From: Eledone cirrhosa
Taxonomy: Eukaryota
Length of the DNA stretch: 64,000 bases
Direction: 5' to 3'
NCBI GenBank assembly: GCA_964016885.1
Contig: OZ024744.1
Span: 26,722,001-26,786,000 of the forward strand
Shown here: piece after piece, positions 25,388 through 39,825 of the stretch
How positions within the stretch are numbered: position 1 is the first letter of the stretch
Layout of the letters: each line of letters opens with the position of its first letter
Position numbers and translations under genes: made by a program
The notes under the pieces: generated by a model
Seen by the model: only the letters and a program-made list of their open reading frames with translations
What the model was told of the DNA's origin: nothing
Databases searched by the model: none

Positions 25388-26995
25388 TGTCCCCTCTGTT
25401 GTTTGTCCTTGCCCTGATGCCCCTGACCAGTGTACTGCGAAAAGTGAGAGCAGGATACAGGTTGGGGAAGGGAGGGCTTACCATCAATCACCTCCTCTTC
25501 ATGGACGATCTTAAGCTCTTCGGGAAGAGTGAGAAGGAGCTGGATGTGCTTGTTGACACTGTCCGTATTTTCAGCAAAGATATATGTATGCAATTTGGTA
25601 TTAGTAAGTGTGGAGTCCTTGTGATGAAGAGGGGTAAATTGAGCAGAAGCAACGGAATCCAGGTACCAACAGGTGAGATGATAAAGGAAATTGACTCTGA
25701 AGAAGGATACAAGTATTTGGGCGTTCTGGAGGCTGATGACATCAAGAACAAAAAAATGAAGGAATTGATAAGAAATGAATACATTCGGAGAGTAAGGAGC
25801 GTATTGAAGTCACATCTGAACAGTAGGAATGCCATAAGTGCAGTAAATTCCCCGAGCTGTGTCTATTATTAGGTACAGTGCGGGATTTCTGAGATGGAAT
25901 GTTGCTGAACAAAAAGAAATGGATAGGAAGACTAGGAAGCTATTGACTATCTACAACATGTTCCACAAGAGGAGTGATGTCGATAGACTCTACTTAAGGA
26001 GATCTGAGGGTGGAAGAGGTCTTATCAGCATAGAGGACTGTGTTCAGATGGAGAAAAACAACCTACACAAATACGTGACTGATAGTAAGGAGCCAATGCT
26101 CAGAACTGTACTGAAGGAGGGGACAATAGGCCAGGGGATGTCCAAGGAGGAAATAACATCAAGGAGAAAGAGCAGCCTTCATGAAAAATCCCTTCATAGT
26201 ACCTTCTTTGAGAAAACTGAATTTAGAGATCCACAGACATGGAACTGGTTGAAAAGAGGAGATGGAATGTTAATGGCTGCGCAGGAGCAGGCCCTCAAAA
26301 CGAAGTGGTTGAAACACCACATTTACAGGGAGGAGGCTATCCCACTGTGCAAGATCTGTGGAGAGAGAGAGGAGACTGTGGCTCACATTGTATCCGAGTG
26401 TAAACACCTAGCCCAGACTCACTCTAAGGGCTGGAGACATGATGTGATGGGCAGGGTGATCCACTAGCACCTATGCAAAGTAAACAATTTACCACATTCT
26501 GAGAAGTGGTATGAGCATAAGCCAGAGGCGGTGATAGAAAACGATCAGGTAAAGGTGCTGTGGGATTTTAGGATACAGACGGACAAGAAACTGGATCACA
26601 ATAGACCTGACCTGGTGGTTTGGGACAAAGAAAAAAGATCGTGCCTGATTGTGGATGTGGCCTGCCCATTCGACACGAGAGTGCAAGAGAAGGAGAGGGA
26701 GAAAATTAACCGATACCAGGACCTAAAGTGGGAGGTGAAAAGGATTTGGAACTGCCATGAAGTCAAAGTGATCCCGATTGTCATAGGCGCACTAGGGACT
26801 ATTTCAAAAAGTTTCCAGGGATGGTTAAAGAAAAGTGGCCCCTTCACGCGTTTGGGAACGCTTCAAAAGGCATGGTGGCTGGGAACAGCAAGAACCCTCC
26901 GATACGTCCTGAATATCTGAGGCTGCAGGTAGTGGCTTGATATTCATTTCAACAAACTTTCCAGTTAACTAACATCAATGACTGAGACTCGAAGA
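25388..26995 (+). mobile_element. 5'-truncated R4/Dong-like RT-RLE element, same family as 53210-56857
   Basis: HLLFMDDLKL, CKICG...HIVSEC and RPDLVV...IVDVACP; frameshift near 25850, stop at 26465; same 3' UTR as the long copy. Confidence 0.9.
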
Positions 26996-27031
26996 GTAAT
27001 AACAATAATAATAATAATAATAATAATAATG

Positions 27032-30000
27032 TTTTCTTTATTAACCACAAGGGTTTACATAAAGTAGACATTAAGGACAGTACAGGACAATACAGGACGG
27101 TGCAAATGGGCATGTCTGCGTGTAAAAAAACAGAGGATGTAATAAAAAAAATAACAATGAAAAATTCCCCAATAGAGGGGAGACTTCCGAGGGACATTTG
27201 TGGAGAAAGCCCATTAAAAGGCCACAGTGACCCTGGCCACCAGGGCAAGTTCCCTCTCCCAGTTTTCCACCTTTAATTTACAGACACATACTCAGAGTAG
27301 GCCGATTCACTCGCGCCATACTTGCCTCTCTCACCCATCTTTCAACAAAATGCTGGGAAGAGAGCACTTCCCTCTCTACCCTGATTTTACTTTTCAAATG
27401 AAATTTGAAAAAGTTAATCAGGGCATCACCGAAGAGGTAAGTGCTCGTCTTCAGCCCTTTCAAACGTGTCCACGTGACAGCAGGTGTTCGACATAAACCC
27501 ACAAGTCAGCAATGCTCGGACACTGGACGAGTGCGTGCAGGGCGGTTTCGTCTCCCTGCGCGCATCTCGGACATGCCCGGCTGACGGCACCTCCATGCCT
27601 GCAGAGTTTATCCCGAACTGGCAAAGCTCCCCGGTAGCACTGCCAGGCCAGGGATTTCTGGAAGTTGTCCATAGGCCCCGGCACGAAAGTCCTTCCGAAG
27701 AGATTGGCTAGTTGATTTTCGTCGACGCCTAGAATTTCTCCAAGTACGTCGTCGCTCTTCCCCTCCACTAATCCTCTATAGAACGCCAAGGTGGAGTTTC
27801 CACCGATCACATTGCCCGATTGGTCGAGGGCTGTGAGCGCCTGAAGACATTCCAGTCTCCGAGCGCTCCCTCTCGGTCTTCGCTTGACCCAGGACTGCAG
27901 CTCCGTCAAGGAGACGAGCTGAGGAAAGACATGTCTAGCAAATGGCGACCACACCTGATCACCGTCGAGGAAGAGGTGGAGATGTCGTAGCCTGAGCGCG
28001 TGTCTGCGCATCATCAGACACGGCATGCCCAGTCCTTCACGTAGCGGGTGTTGACAGCAGATGGACCGCCTGACCATCGGAGCGCGTCCCTTCCACAAAA
28101 AGCGAAAGAGCAAACGCTCCAGCGCAGTCAGGCGGGGCTTAGGACAAGGTACGACGGTCAGGCGGTAGCAGATGACGGACGCGAGATACGCGTTAGCCAC
28201 CTCCGCTCGACCTTTCAGGATAGCTTCCTCTCCGTCCATTTCTGGGTGAGAGAAGCCACCCTGCTCGTCACCTCGTCCCAGTTTTTGTCCGTCTGGAGGT
28301 CCGGACCGAAGCAGACACCTAGCAATTTAACTGGTCCGTCCGTCCAGCGCCCGACGACGCTGTTGGACGCCATGGACCTGCCTCTTCAGGTGCCGAGCTG
28401 CAGGCCCACTGACTTTTCCTGGTTGATCATTGCTCCTGTCACCGCTTCCTATTCTCTTAGTGTAGTGCCGATCGCCTCGATGTGTTTGGCGTTCAACAAC
28501 ACTACCGTGACATCGTCCGCATATGCTGACACGGATCTTCCGCATCCTAGTTCGCGCGGGACTCCCCTCAACGTCTCCAGATTGTGCAGTAATGGCTCGA
28601 GTGTCAATACGTACAGGAGGGACGAGAGGGGACATCCTTGGCGAAACGAGCACATGATGGTGAACGGTTCTGAAAGGTGACCGTTCACTCTCACCACAGA
28701 GCAGGTGTCGCTGTGCATGGCAGCGAACCAGCCTCTGAAGGTGGGGCCAAAGCCAGCCGCCTTCAGGACTGCCGCTAGGTAACGATGGTCGACCCTATCG
28801 AAAGCTTTCGACTGATCTAAATTGATCAAGGACCCACGCGTGCCAGGTTCCCTAGCTACCCTCTCTACGATGTATCGCATGAGGTGGAGGTTGTCGTGGA
28901 TGGATCTGTCGGGAATGGCGCATGTCAGCGCTTCTCCCACCATACCACCAACGACAATCGTCAACCTCTTTGCTAGCACCTTGGCCAAAGTCTTGAACTC
29001 TGTGTTTAGCAGAGTTATGTGCCTGAAATTATCTATGTTATCCCCCGTGTTCGGATCCTTTCTCAGCAACGCCACAGCCTTCGGCTCACAGAGCTGGGAA
29101 TTCTCCCGTTTGTTTTCAGTTGCAATAGACGTCCGTCAAGAGGCCTCCGAACAATTCTGCATCTGTACGTAAAGTTCATAGGGCAGACCATCCAAACCAG
29201 GCGATTTACCCCTTGTGCAGCCAGTCATTTCCTCCCGTACTTCAGCGGCTTTATCAGCTTTTCGCAACACTCCGCCTCAGTGGTCGAGAGCCGCGGCAGT
29301 CCGTCGAGGTAGACACTAAAGTCCATCCCTCGATCCGGCCCGCCGCTTCCCCCGTACAGTTGAGCGAAATGTCGCTGAAAAGCTTCACACATTTGCCCGG
29401 GATCAAGTAGCATGCGCCCGTCGTAGTCCACCAAAGACCGGATCGTGGCTTTGTTGCCACGACGCGCCTCCGCCACTCGGGCCCATTGAATGGCTTTCGT
29501 CCCCCCGTGTCTGAGAGCACGCACCCTAGCTCTGACAACGCAGCTTTAGTGCTTTGCATTGAAGAATTGGTCAAGGCCCAATTTCGCCGAAGTACGTCGA
29601 TCGCGATGCCTTTGCTAAGCGCCTCGTCTAATTTTCTACAAACAATTTAACCGGTCCGTTGAGCAGGTTGGTGAGGCTCTTGCACCCTCCTCCCCTATCC
29701 GTTAATCCCACACAGTCCCAGCGTGCATCTAAGATCCCGTTCCAGTCGCCCACTAACACTAAAGAGCGGGATGTTCCAAGAAAAGTCTCCAGACGCCGGA
29801 AGAAATCAGGCTGCCCTGCTCCTGTTGGGGCATAGACGGCCACTAGCCTGAAAGCTTGCCCGTCTCCGCTGGTCACGTCCAGCACCACCAACTTAACTTC
29901 TGGGTCCAGGAAGATGGCCCGTATGGCGAGATCGAAACCTCTCCGAAAAAGCACAGCAACTCCCCCCCCCCCCCGATCCAGGACGGCTGGGAGATGCGTA

Positions 30001-32338
30001 CACATCGTAGCCGCCGAAGATCGGTGCGGAGGCCCGTGCTTCAGAGATTCTGGTCTCGCTGATGGCCACTACATCTATGTTTAGTGACCTGAGGTCGTTG
30101 AGCAGGTGGCCCTGCTTCCATGGCGACCCCAAGCCACGCGCATTTATGCTGCCTATTCTGAGTGAGGTCATGTTGAAAGGGAGTGGAAAAGATGGGAAAG
30201 ACCACTTACCTTACTTCTCGCAGAGGAAGGATGGTTTCTCCATCATTTTCACTGCTTGTGACCTCCTCCGGATGGATGTCCTTATAAATCCTCCTGGTGA
30301 GTGCTTGTCGGAAATCTCCGATGTCTTTGGGAAATTTTTGTTTTAGTGTCGTGTTCGTTTTCTGTGTGATGCGAGTGATTTGTATGTGTGGAAGTGGTGT
30401 TAACTTTTGGGTTGTTGTGTTGTCTTTTTTTGTGTTGCATGTAGTGTAATAATTGGTTGTTGTTCAAATTTAATGCTGTGTAGTGTGTATCGTTTTGGTT
30501 GTTTTGTTTTGTTTGCGTTTGTTGTGGGTTTGTTTCTGTTGCGCTTTTTAGTGACATTTGTGGCGTTGGTGATGGTGGTGTTGGGGTTAATGATGGTAAT
30601 GGTGTTGGTGTTTGTGGTGATGGGGTTGGTGATGCTGGTGGGGATAGTGGCATAGCTGTCCTAACTTTTTTGTTTGATAGTTTATTTGTTTCCCTCTGTA
30701 TTTTGTTTTTGGAGGGGGAAGGAAGAGGACTTTTTCTTTTTTCTTTTTTTTTCTTTTTTTTCTTTTTTTTTCTTTTTTTTCTTTTTTTTTCTTTTTTTTC
30801 TTTTTTTTTCTTTTTTTCTTCTTTTTTTTCTTTTTTTCTTTTTTCCTGATACCGTTTCCCACTCCTCCTCGTCACAATCTGTCTCCAGTTGCGATAAGTC
30901 GGGGAGTGGAAAATCCTCCACAGGCGTTGGTTTTGGTTGTGACGTGGTGGATGCTGTAGGCGCTAGTGCTAGTTCTGGCGCGTTGGGTGGAGGTGGTGTT
31001 GGTTTTTCTACTGTTGCTGGGGTTGTTGCTGTTACAGTTGCTTCTGTTGTTGCTGCTACAGTTGTTGCTGCCATTTCTGCTGCTGGTGGTATTGATAGTT
31101 GAGTCACTGGGGTGGGTAAGAGAGGTGGCCTCAACTTGTAGCCTGAGGGCAGAAAGCCCTTAGGTGGGTTCCTTCAGCGCAAACGACACACCTAGACCTC
31201 TGCGCTCGACGATTACGGTGAGGTCGCTGCCGTCAGTGAGGTCTATTACCTCTGGGTTCTCCTCAATGCTTTTTTGGTCCGCTTGGTCCAGGAGCTCCAT
31301 CCCAGATCCGGACCAGTTCTCCTGTTTTCTTTCGCTATTTCGATTATCTTGGTGTTGGCCTCGATGCCGGTGAGGACGGCAGCCATTAGCCAGGGAATTT
31401 CGATGACCGGTGGAAAGTGGGTCACCCTGATCTTCACGAGTCTCTGGCCACAAAAGCTTGGGAGGAGTGTGAAGTCGTCACTTCTTAATGGGATCATGTA
31501 GTGTTCTTTGGCCTCATGTGGTGTTCCAAACAACACGTCCACGGTTCCATATTTCTGCCCACGTCTGATTTGGGTTTTTTTGCCCACACATGTTCGAAAG
31601 TTTTTGGATTTGGGACTCGGATGCCCGTTCCACTCGGCGCGATTTAATGTTAGTCGTCCGATAAGACACGGTGCATAGGCGCTGATACTCCATTTTATTA
31701 GGTGGGGGCGGGTGTGAGGCTGACCCTGTACCCATCTTTCTTTACCATTCTCTTGGCTTCATCTAATTACTCCTGAGTTACCTGCATTGCTTTGCACTTT
31801 TTTGCTACTCTGGCAAAAGACAGGGTGGTTTTCTTATTCTCATTTTTGTTGTTGCTGTTGTTGTTATCGTTATTTTTGTTATTGTTATTTTTAGTTTCAG
31901 TTGTGGTGGTGGTGGCGTCAGTGGTGTTCGGTGTGGAAGAGTCCATTCTGAATGAATCCATTGCGATGTAACGAGATAATTTATTTTTTTTATTTTGTTT
32001 CTGTTGTCGCTGTGGTGGTGGTGGGGTTGGCAGCTTCAACACCTGCAGTCATTGGTAATGGCGGGAAATGAATGTCTGCATGAGACAAATTTAAATTATT
32101 GCTACTGCTTATATTTTTAGTGTTGGCAAACGTAGTAATATTGACAATGGTGGTGAAATTTTTTTTTGTTTGATAATTATAAAAGTTTAAATTTTTTGAG
32201 TGTACTTTTCCGAACGCAAATTTTGTGACGTTATAAATAGTTAACAACAAAAATTTTCCATAAATGGCAATTTCAAACAGACGAAGACAACAAACCTTTG
32301 CGGAGCTCACAATGATACGATTTCCTACGTATGTCAGC
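27032..32338 (-). mobile_element. Tx1/L1-like LINE family A, both ends present, degenerate with internal deletions
   Basis: ORF1 remnants at about 31960-30206; ORF2 ATG at 30171 (MTSLRIGSINARGL); APE and RT motifs; 3' aataaagaaaa abuts (ATT)n. Confidence 0.9.
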
Positions 32339-32345
32339 AATAATG

Positions 32346-33809
32346 GTTTCTTTATTAACCACAAGGGTTTACATAAAGTAGACATTAAGGACAGTGCAGG
32401 ACAATACAGGACGGTACTAATGGGCATTGCTGCATGTAAAAAACAAAAACAGAGGATGTAACAAAAAATAACAATGAAAAATTCCCCAATAGGGGGTAGA
32501 CTTCGGAGGAACATTTGTAGAGAAAGCCCAGTAAAAGGCCACAGTGACCCTGACCACCAAGGCAAGTGCCCTCTCCCAGTTTTCCACCATTAATTTACAT
32601 ATACGTACTCAGAGTAGGCCCATTCACTCGGGCCATTCTTGCTTCTCTCACCCATCTTTCAACAAAATGCTGGGAAGAGAGCACTTCCCTCTCTACTCTG
32701 ATTTTCCTTTTCAAATGAAATTTGAAAAAGTTAATCAGGGCATCACCGAAGAGGCAAGTGCTCGTCTTCAGCCCTTTGAAACGTGTCCACCATACTATCT
32801 TTTTCGCCATGGCCACCAGACAGATAAAACTGCCTGCCCTTCCCGGCTAAAGGAAGAGGGCGGAGCAATCCTCACGATAGACTCAGATGGTAGCCGGATC
32901 CGTCCTACACGCGACAGCAGGTGTTCGACATAAACCCACAAGTCAGCAATTTTCGGACACTGGACAAGTGCGTGCAGGACGGTTTCGTCGCCCTGCGCGC
33001 ATCACGGACATGCCCGTTGACGGCACCTCCACTAATCCTCTATAGAACGCCAAGGTGGAGTTTCCACCGATCACATTGCCCGATTGGTCGAGGGCTGTGA
33101 GCGCCTGAAGACATTCCAGTCTCCAAGCGCTCCATCTCGGTCTTCGCTTGACCCAGGACTGCAGCTCCGTCAAGGAGACGAGCTGGGGAAAGACGTGACT
33201 AGCAAACGGCGACCACACCTGATCACCGTCGAGGAAGAGGTAGAGATGTCGTAGCCTGAGCGCGTGTCTGCGCATCATCAGCCACAGCATGCCCAGCCCT
33301 GCACGTAGCGAGTGTTGACAGCAGATGGACCACCTGACCATCGGAGCGCGTCCCTTCCACAAAAAGCGAAAGTGCAAACGCTCCAGCGCAGTCAGGCGGG
33401 GCTTAGGACAAGGTACGACGGTCAGGCGGTTGTAGATGACGGACGCGATATATGCGTTAGCCACCTCCGCTCGACCTTTCAGGGATAGTTTCCTCTCCGC
33501 CCATTTCTGGGTGAGAGAAGCCACCCTGCTCGTCACCGGTCCGTCCGTCCAGCGTCCGACGACGTTGTTGGACGGCATGGACCTGCAGGCCGACAGACTT
33601 TTCCTGGTTGATCATTGCTCCTGTCACCGCTTCGTATTCTCTTAGTGTAGTGCCGATCGCCTCGATGTGTTTGGCGTTCGACACCACTACGGTGACATCG
33701 TCCGCATATGCTTACACGGATCTTCCGCATCCTAGTTCGCGCGGCGTCCTCCTCAACGTCTCCAGTTTGTGCCGTAATGGCTCGAGAGTCAAAACGTACA
33801 AGAGGGACA
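32346..33809 (-). mobile_element. 5'-truncated Tx1-like LINE family A
   Basis: 3' UTR and ORF2 C-terminus closely match 27032-28620. Confidence 0.9.
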
Positions 33810-33818
33810 TAATGATTA

Positions 33819-36800
33819 CTTTATTGGCCACAGGACGGTACAGGACGGTACGATGTGGGTTTTGAGCGTGTAAATATTTTTATTATTTATATAAGAAAAG
33901 AAAAAAGACATAGAAACATATATATATAAACAATAAAAATGAAAATTGAAACAAGGAAAAATTCCCCAATAGAGGGGAAACTTCCGAGGGTTACTCGTGG
34001 CGAAAACCACACAAAAGACCACGGCCACCCTGACCACCAGGGCGAGCGCCCTCTCTCAATTTTTCCATCTCTCAAACTACAGAAGTATATTCAGAGCGGT
34101 CCATTTCACTCGGACCATTCTCGCTACATTCACCCACCTTTCAACAAACTTGCTAGAAGGCAGCACTTGCCTCTCCACCCTGATTTTCCTCTTCAAGTGA
34201 AACTTGAAAGTGTTAAATAGGGATTCGCCGAAGAAGAAAGTCTCTGTCTTTAACCCTTTCAACCTTGTCCACCACACAATCTCTTTCGCCATGTCACCAG
34301 GCAGATGAAAACCGCCTGCCCTTCCCCCGTCGAAGGAAGACGGCGAGACCATCTGCACAATGATAACCGGATCAGTCCTACACGCGACAGCAACTGTTCG
34401 ACATAGTTCCACAAGTCAGCAATGCTCGGGCACTGAACGAGTGCGTACACGACGGTTTCGTCGCTCTGCGCGCATCTCTGGCAGCCTAGGCTGATGGCAC
34501 TTCCGTGCCTGTAGAGCTTATCTCGAACCGGCAGCGCTCCCCTGTAGCACTGCCAGACCAGGGATTTCTGGAAGTTATCCATAGGTCCCGGACTGAAAGT
34601 TCTCCGGAAGAGAGCAAACAGCTGATCTTCTTCGACGCCCAGGATCTCACCGAGAACGTCGTCGTTATTCCCCTCAACTAGTCCTCTATAGAACGCTGAG
34701 GTGGATGTTCCACCGATACTAGTGCCCAGCTGGCAGAGGGCAGTGAGCACCTGGAGACATTCCAGTTTCCAAGCGCTATCCCTCGGTCTTTTCATGACCC
34801 AGGACTGCAGCTCCGTCAAGGAGACGAGCTGTGGGAAAACGTGCCTGGCGAACGGCCACAACACCTGTTCAGCATCAAGGAAGCACCAGAGATGTCACAG
34901 CCTCAGCGCATGCTTGCGCATCATCAGCCATGGCATGCCCAGTCCTCCACGCAACGGGTGTTGACAGCAGATGGATCGTCTGAGTATGGGAGCGCGTTCC
35001 TTCCACAAAAAGCGGAAGAGGAGGCGCTCCATTTTGGTGAGAGTTGGGCTGGATCAAGCGACGACGGTGAGGCGGTAGCAGATGACGGATGCGACCTACG
35101 CATTCGCCACCTCCACCCAGCCTTTCAGGGACAGCTTCCTCTCGGCCCATTTCTGGGTAAAGGAGGCCACCTTGCTCGTCACCTCGTTCCAGTTTTTTTC
35201 CATCTGGAGGTCCGTTCCGAACCAGACCCCGAGCAATTTAACCGGTCCGTCTGTCCAACGTCCCACGACGCCTTCGGACGGCATGGACGTGTCTCTCCAG
35301 GTGCCGAGCTGCAAGCCCACCGACTTTTCCTTGTTTATCTTTGCTCCTGTCACGGTTTCGTATTTCTTGAGAGCGGTGCCGAGCATGTGGACGTGTCTGG
35401 TGCTCGACACCACCACGGTAACGTCGTCGGCGGAAGCCGACTCGGATTTCTCGCATCCTAGTTCGCGTGGTAGGCCCCTCATCGCCCCCAGTTTGTGCAG
35501 TAACGGCTCGACAGCCAATACGTACAAGAGGGACGAGAGGGACAACCCTGGCGGACCGAGCGCATGATGCTGAACGGCTGCGACAGGTGACCGTTCACCC
35601 ACACACCTGAGCACATGTCGCTGTACATTGCTGTGATCCAACCCCTGAAAACGGGCCCGAAACCGGCTGCCTCGAGGACCGCAGCCAAGTACCGATGGTC
35701 GACCCTATCGAATACTTTGCTTTATCCAAATTGATCAGGGCCCCACCCGTGCCAGGTTCTTTAACCACTCTGTCTATGATGTATCGCATGAGGTGGAGAT
35801 TGTCGTGTATGGATCTATCCGGAATGGCGCATATCTGCGCCTCTCCCACCAGACCCTTGACGACAAGTGCCAACCTCGTTGCTAACAACTTGGCCAAAAT
35901 CTTGAACTTTGCGTTTAGCAGGGTTATGGGCCTGAAATTATCGATAACATCCCCCTTGTTTGGGTCTTTTCTCAGCAGCGCCACTGCTCCCCGGCTCACA
36001 AAACTGTGAATGCTCCGGTTCTGCTGCCAGTTGCAGTAGACGTCTGCCAAGAGGTCACCGAACAAGTCTGGCATAAATGCATAAAGCTCGTAGGGCAGAC
36101 CATCCAAACCTGGCGATTTACCCCTCGCAGTTAGCCATCGCTTCCCGTATTTCACCGGCTGTTATTGGCTTTTCGCAACACTGTGCTGCGGTCGTCGAGA
36201 GCCGAGGCACTCCGTCGAGGTATGCACTGAAGTCCATGCCCCGATCCTGGCCGCCGCTGCTCCCGAACAGTTCAGCAAAGTGCTGTTGAAAAGCTTCATA
36301 CATCTGCTCAGGTTCTAGCAACACGCACCCGTTTTGGTCAGCCAAAGAGCGAATTTTGGCTTTGTTGCCACGTCGCGCCTCTGCCACCCAGTCCCATTGG
36401 ACGGCTTTTGTCCCCTTGTGTTTCAGAGCACGAGCTCTAGCTCTAACAACGGAGCCTTCGTGTTTTGCGTTGAAGAATTGGTCGTGTGCCAATCTCGCCG
36501 CAACCACGTCGGTTGCGATGTTGTCCTAAACGCCTCTTCTAGCTTTCTAACTAGCTCTCCTTCTACTCTATTTTCCTCTATCACTACTCCTTTGCTAAAC
36601 CTAATCGACTCTACTTTAATTGCCCTTTTCAGGGCAAACCACCGCCTGTTGTTGACGTCCGCTCCCATCAACGCCTGCTTAACTAATATGCTAATCCGGT
36701 CTCTGCAGGCTTTGCGCGCCGGGAAAGACGCGTTCAGCTTCCAGTAACCGGGCCCTTGTCTATGAAGTCTGTCGATGTCGATCTCACAGATCACAAATGT

Positions 36801-39730
36801 CTGGTCTGTGTAGTCGACTATTTTAAATTGTGGACAACTTATACTAGCCTTATCTAGTTCTCTGCAGAATACCCTATCCAGATACGATCTGGATGACCCG
36901 ATGCGGTTTGTCCATGTCCACATTGGCACATTCGGGTGATCCAGTCAATACCTGTCAGACAGTTCAAAACGTCTGAGCAGGTTGTTGAGGCTCTTGCACC
37001 CTCCTTCCCTATCCACTAGCCCCACACTATCCCAGCGTGCATCCAAGATACTGTTCCAGTCGCCCACTAACACTAAAGAGCGGAACGTTCCAAGAAGGGT
37101 CTCTAGACGTCTGAAGAAATCTGGCCGTCCTTCCCCTGATGGGGCGTAGGCGGCTACTAGCCTGAAAGAATTGCCTTCTCTGCCGGTCACGTCCAGCACC
37201 ACCGGCTTACCTGCTGAGTCTAGGAATATGGCCCATATGGCGAGTTCCAAGCCTCTCCGAAAAAGGACGGCAACCCCTCTACCCGATCCTGGACGGCTGG
37301 CAGATGCGTATACATCGTAGCCGCCGAAGATCGGTTCGAAGGTTTGTGCTTCGGAGATTCTGGTTTCACTGATGGCCACGACATCTATGTTTAGTGACCT
37401 GAGGTCGTTGAGCCTGTGACCCTGCTTCCAAGATGACAGCAGGCCACGAGCATTTATACTGCCTATTCTGAGTACGGCCATGTTGGATGAGAAACGGGGC
37501 AAGTGAGAAAGGGTCACTTACCTTGATCGTGTGATGAAGGGATAGTAGAACCGTCCCTTTGGCTGGTCATGGGTGTTTCCAAGAGGATGTCAGTGTATAT
37601 CCTCTTGGTAACCGACCCTGTGAAGTCTCCAACTGCGTTGGGGTGTTTTTGTTTTAAAGGTTTGTACTGTTCTATTGAGATTTCAATGTTGCTTATGTTT
37701 GTCGGGAGAGTTCTTGGTGTTGGTGGGGTGTAGTAGTTTTTTTTTCTGTAATGTCTGTGTGCTGCTTTATATATTGTATGAGTTATTTTTTTACCATGTT
37801 TATGGCTGTGTACTTTTTTGGAGGAGGGGTGATTTTGTTGCTGTTTTCTTCTTGTTGCTGTTTGGTGTGTGTGTCTTGTTGTGTTTGCGTTGTTGGTGTT
37901 TGTGGTGGTGATGGTGGTGGTGTTGCTGCAAGTTTCCTTGCTGCCTTTACCCCTCTTTGTATGCCTTCGCTTTTGGAGGGTGAATCTAAGGGTTTTTTCT
38001 TTTTTGTTTTTTGTGGCAGACCGTTTTCCACTTCACTCCCGCCTCAAGCTCCATGTCGGATTCTGTGGCGTCTGGGAGGGGTATGTGCTCCATGGCTGTT
38101 GGTGGTGGTAGTGGAGCCATCTTCGGCAATTTTGTTGCTGGTGTAGCTACTTCAAATGTAGCTATTGGTGTTACCGCCACTGATGCTGCTGCTTTAGTTG
38201 TCAGTGGCCTTAGTACGGGTGCCACGGACGTTGCCCTCCTATTCACCGTGGAAGGGGCTTCTGCCTTTGTTGCCTGCCCTGCTCTTGGTAGCAGCGGACC
38301 AGTAATTGGAAGGAGAGGGGCCTTCTTCTTCGCTGTCTTCTGCGGTCAAAAGTCCCTGAGGTGACCCTTCGACCCATAGAGATAACATTTTGGCCGTCTT
38401 CCTTCTACGCCTATAGGGAGTTGGAGTCCTTCCTCGATGTCTATGATATCGGGGATAGCGTCGATACATTTGCATGCCTATACCTGACCAGTTCTCTCTC
38501 CCTATTTTCTCTACTTGCCGCATGGTCGTTCTGTCCTCAATTCCAGCAAGGACAGACGCGTCCAGGCAAGGTATGGGCACGTCGGGTGGGACCTGGGTCA
38601 CTTTGACCCTCACAATTTTCTGCCCGCAGTAGGAGGGTACCAGCACTATCTCCTCACTCTTTAGTGTTTCCAAAGAGTGAGATTTTGCTTCCTGGGGAGG
38701 GAGGGCGAAAAATACGTCTACTGTGGCATAATTTCCGCCTCGGTTGTTGTGCGTTTTGCGTGCCCATGCGCACCCCAAGGCCTTTTGTATTTGAGCCTCC
38801 GTGGCTCTCTGCACCCGATGTGAGATTTTGCTTACCGTGCGGTAAGTTACCGTCCGTAGCTGCTGGTCCTTGAAAAAACCGGGTGGAGGTTTCAGGGAGA
38901 CTCCATTGGCGCTTCTTGTCACCATGGCCCTTGCGTCTGCCATCTCCTCCTCTGTGACTAATACTGTCTCGATATTTCGAGCGACACCTGCAAAAGAAGT
39001 GGTCCCTTTTTCAGCAGCACCACTATTGCTGCCGCTACTGGTCTTACTGGTGGTGCTGAGGTCGTTATTACAGGTATCGGTGTCATTGTTGTTCTTTTCG
39101 TTGGTACAGTTGTTGGTGTTGTTGTTGTTTTCGTTGATACTGTTGCTGTTGTTACTGTTATTGCGGCTGTTGTTATTATTGTTGTTTTTTTTATACTGTT
39201 CCTACAATTATTTTTGTTGTGGCTGTTGTTATTGTCATTGTTATTGTCGTTCACGACCTTACCGCTGTTATTTTTGTTATTGTCGTTCTCGACTTTACCG
39301 CTGTTATTTTTGTTGTTGCTGTTGTTATTGATGGTGTTGTTGTTGGTGTTGTTGTTGGTGTTATTGTTGGTGTGGTTTGTGTTAGAAATATTTGGTAATT
39401 TTAACTCTGTAACAATCTTCTTTTCCTTTGTAATATTTTCGTTTATATTTACCTCCGCTGGAACGCTGTCTTGTTGACATGCTGATAAAGTATCCCTCTC
39501 TCTGTGTTGTCTGACAGCGCTCTCTCTCTTTCTTGTGTTATCCATGTTGAAATTTTTCCAAAAAATATTTTTACACAAATACGACACCCGTAAAGTCGTG
39601 CCGCATTATTTAGGAGTGAACCTCTGTATTAGGTGGATCACTTCTTCTAAATTTTATCAAATTCAAAACTTGAATAAAAGGTTTAGAGCGGTTGAAAACG
39701 AGGTAAAACGTTGAAAAAAACTGGAGGTTT
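33819..39730 (-). mobile_element. Tx1/L1-like LINE family B, near full length, degenerate
   Basis: ORF1 remnants at about 39543-37514; ORF2 ATG at 37481 (MAVLRIGSINARGL); SYLDRVF and GPGYWKLN; RT motifs; distinct UTRs. Confidence 0.9.
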
Positions 39731-39731
39731 T

Positions 39732-39810
39732 GGCACAAGGCGAGCAATTATTCCAGTAAATTACTGGTACTTTATTTTATCGACACCGTAAGGATGAAAG
39801 GCAAAGTTAA
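39732..39810 (-). mobile_element. Meta-domain-like SINE fragment
   Basis: ggcacaaggcgagcaatt...actggtactttattttatcgacaccgtaaggatgaaaggcaaagtt. Confidence 0.7.
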
Positions 39811-39825
39811 TAATAATAATAATGA

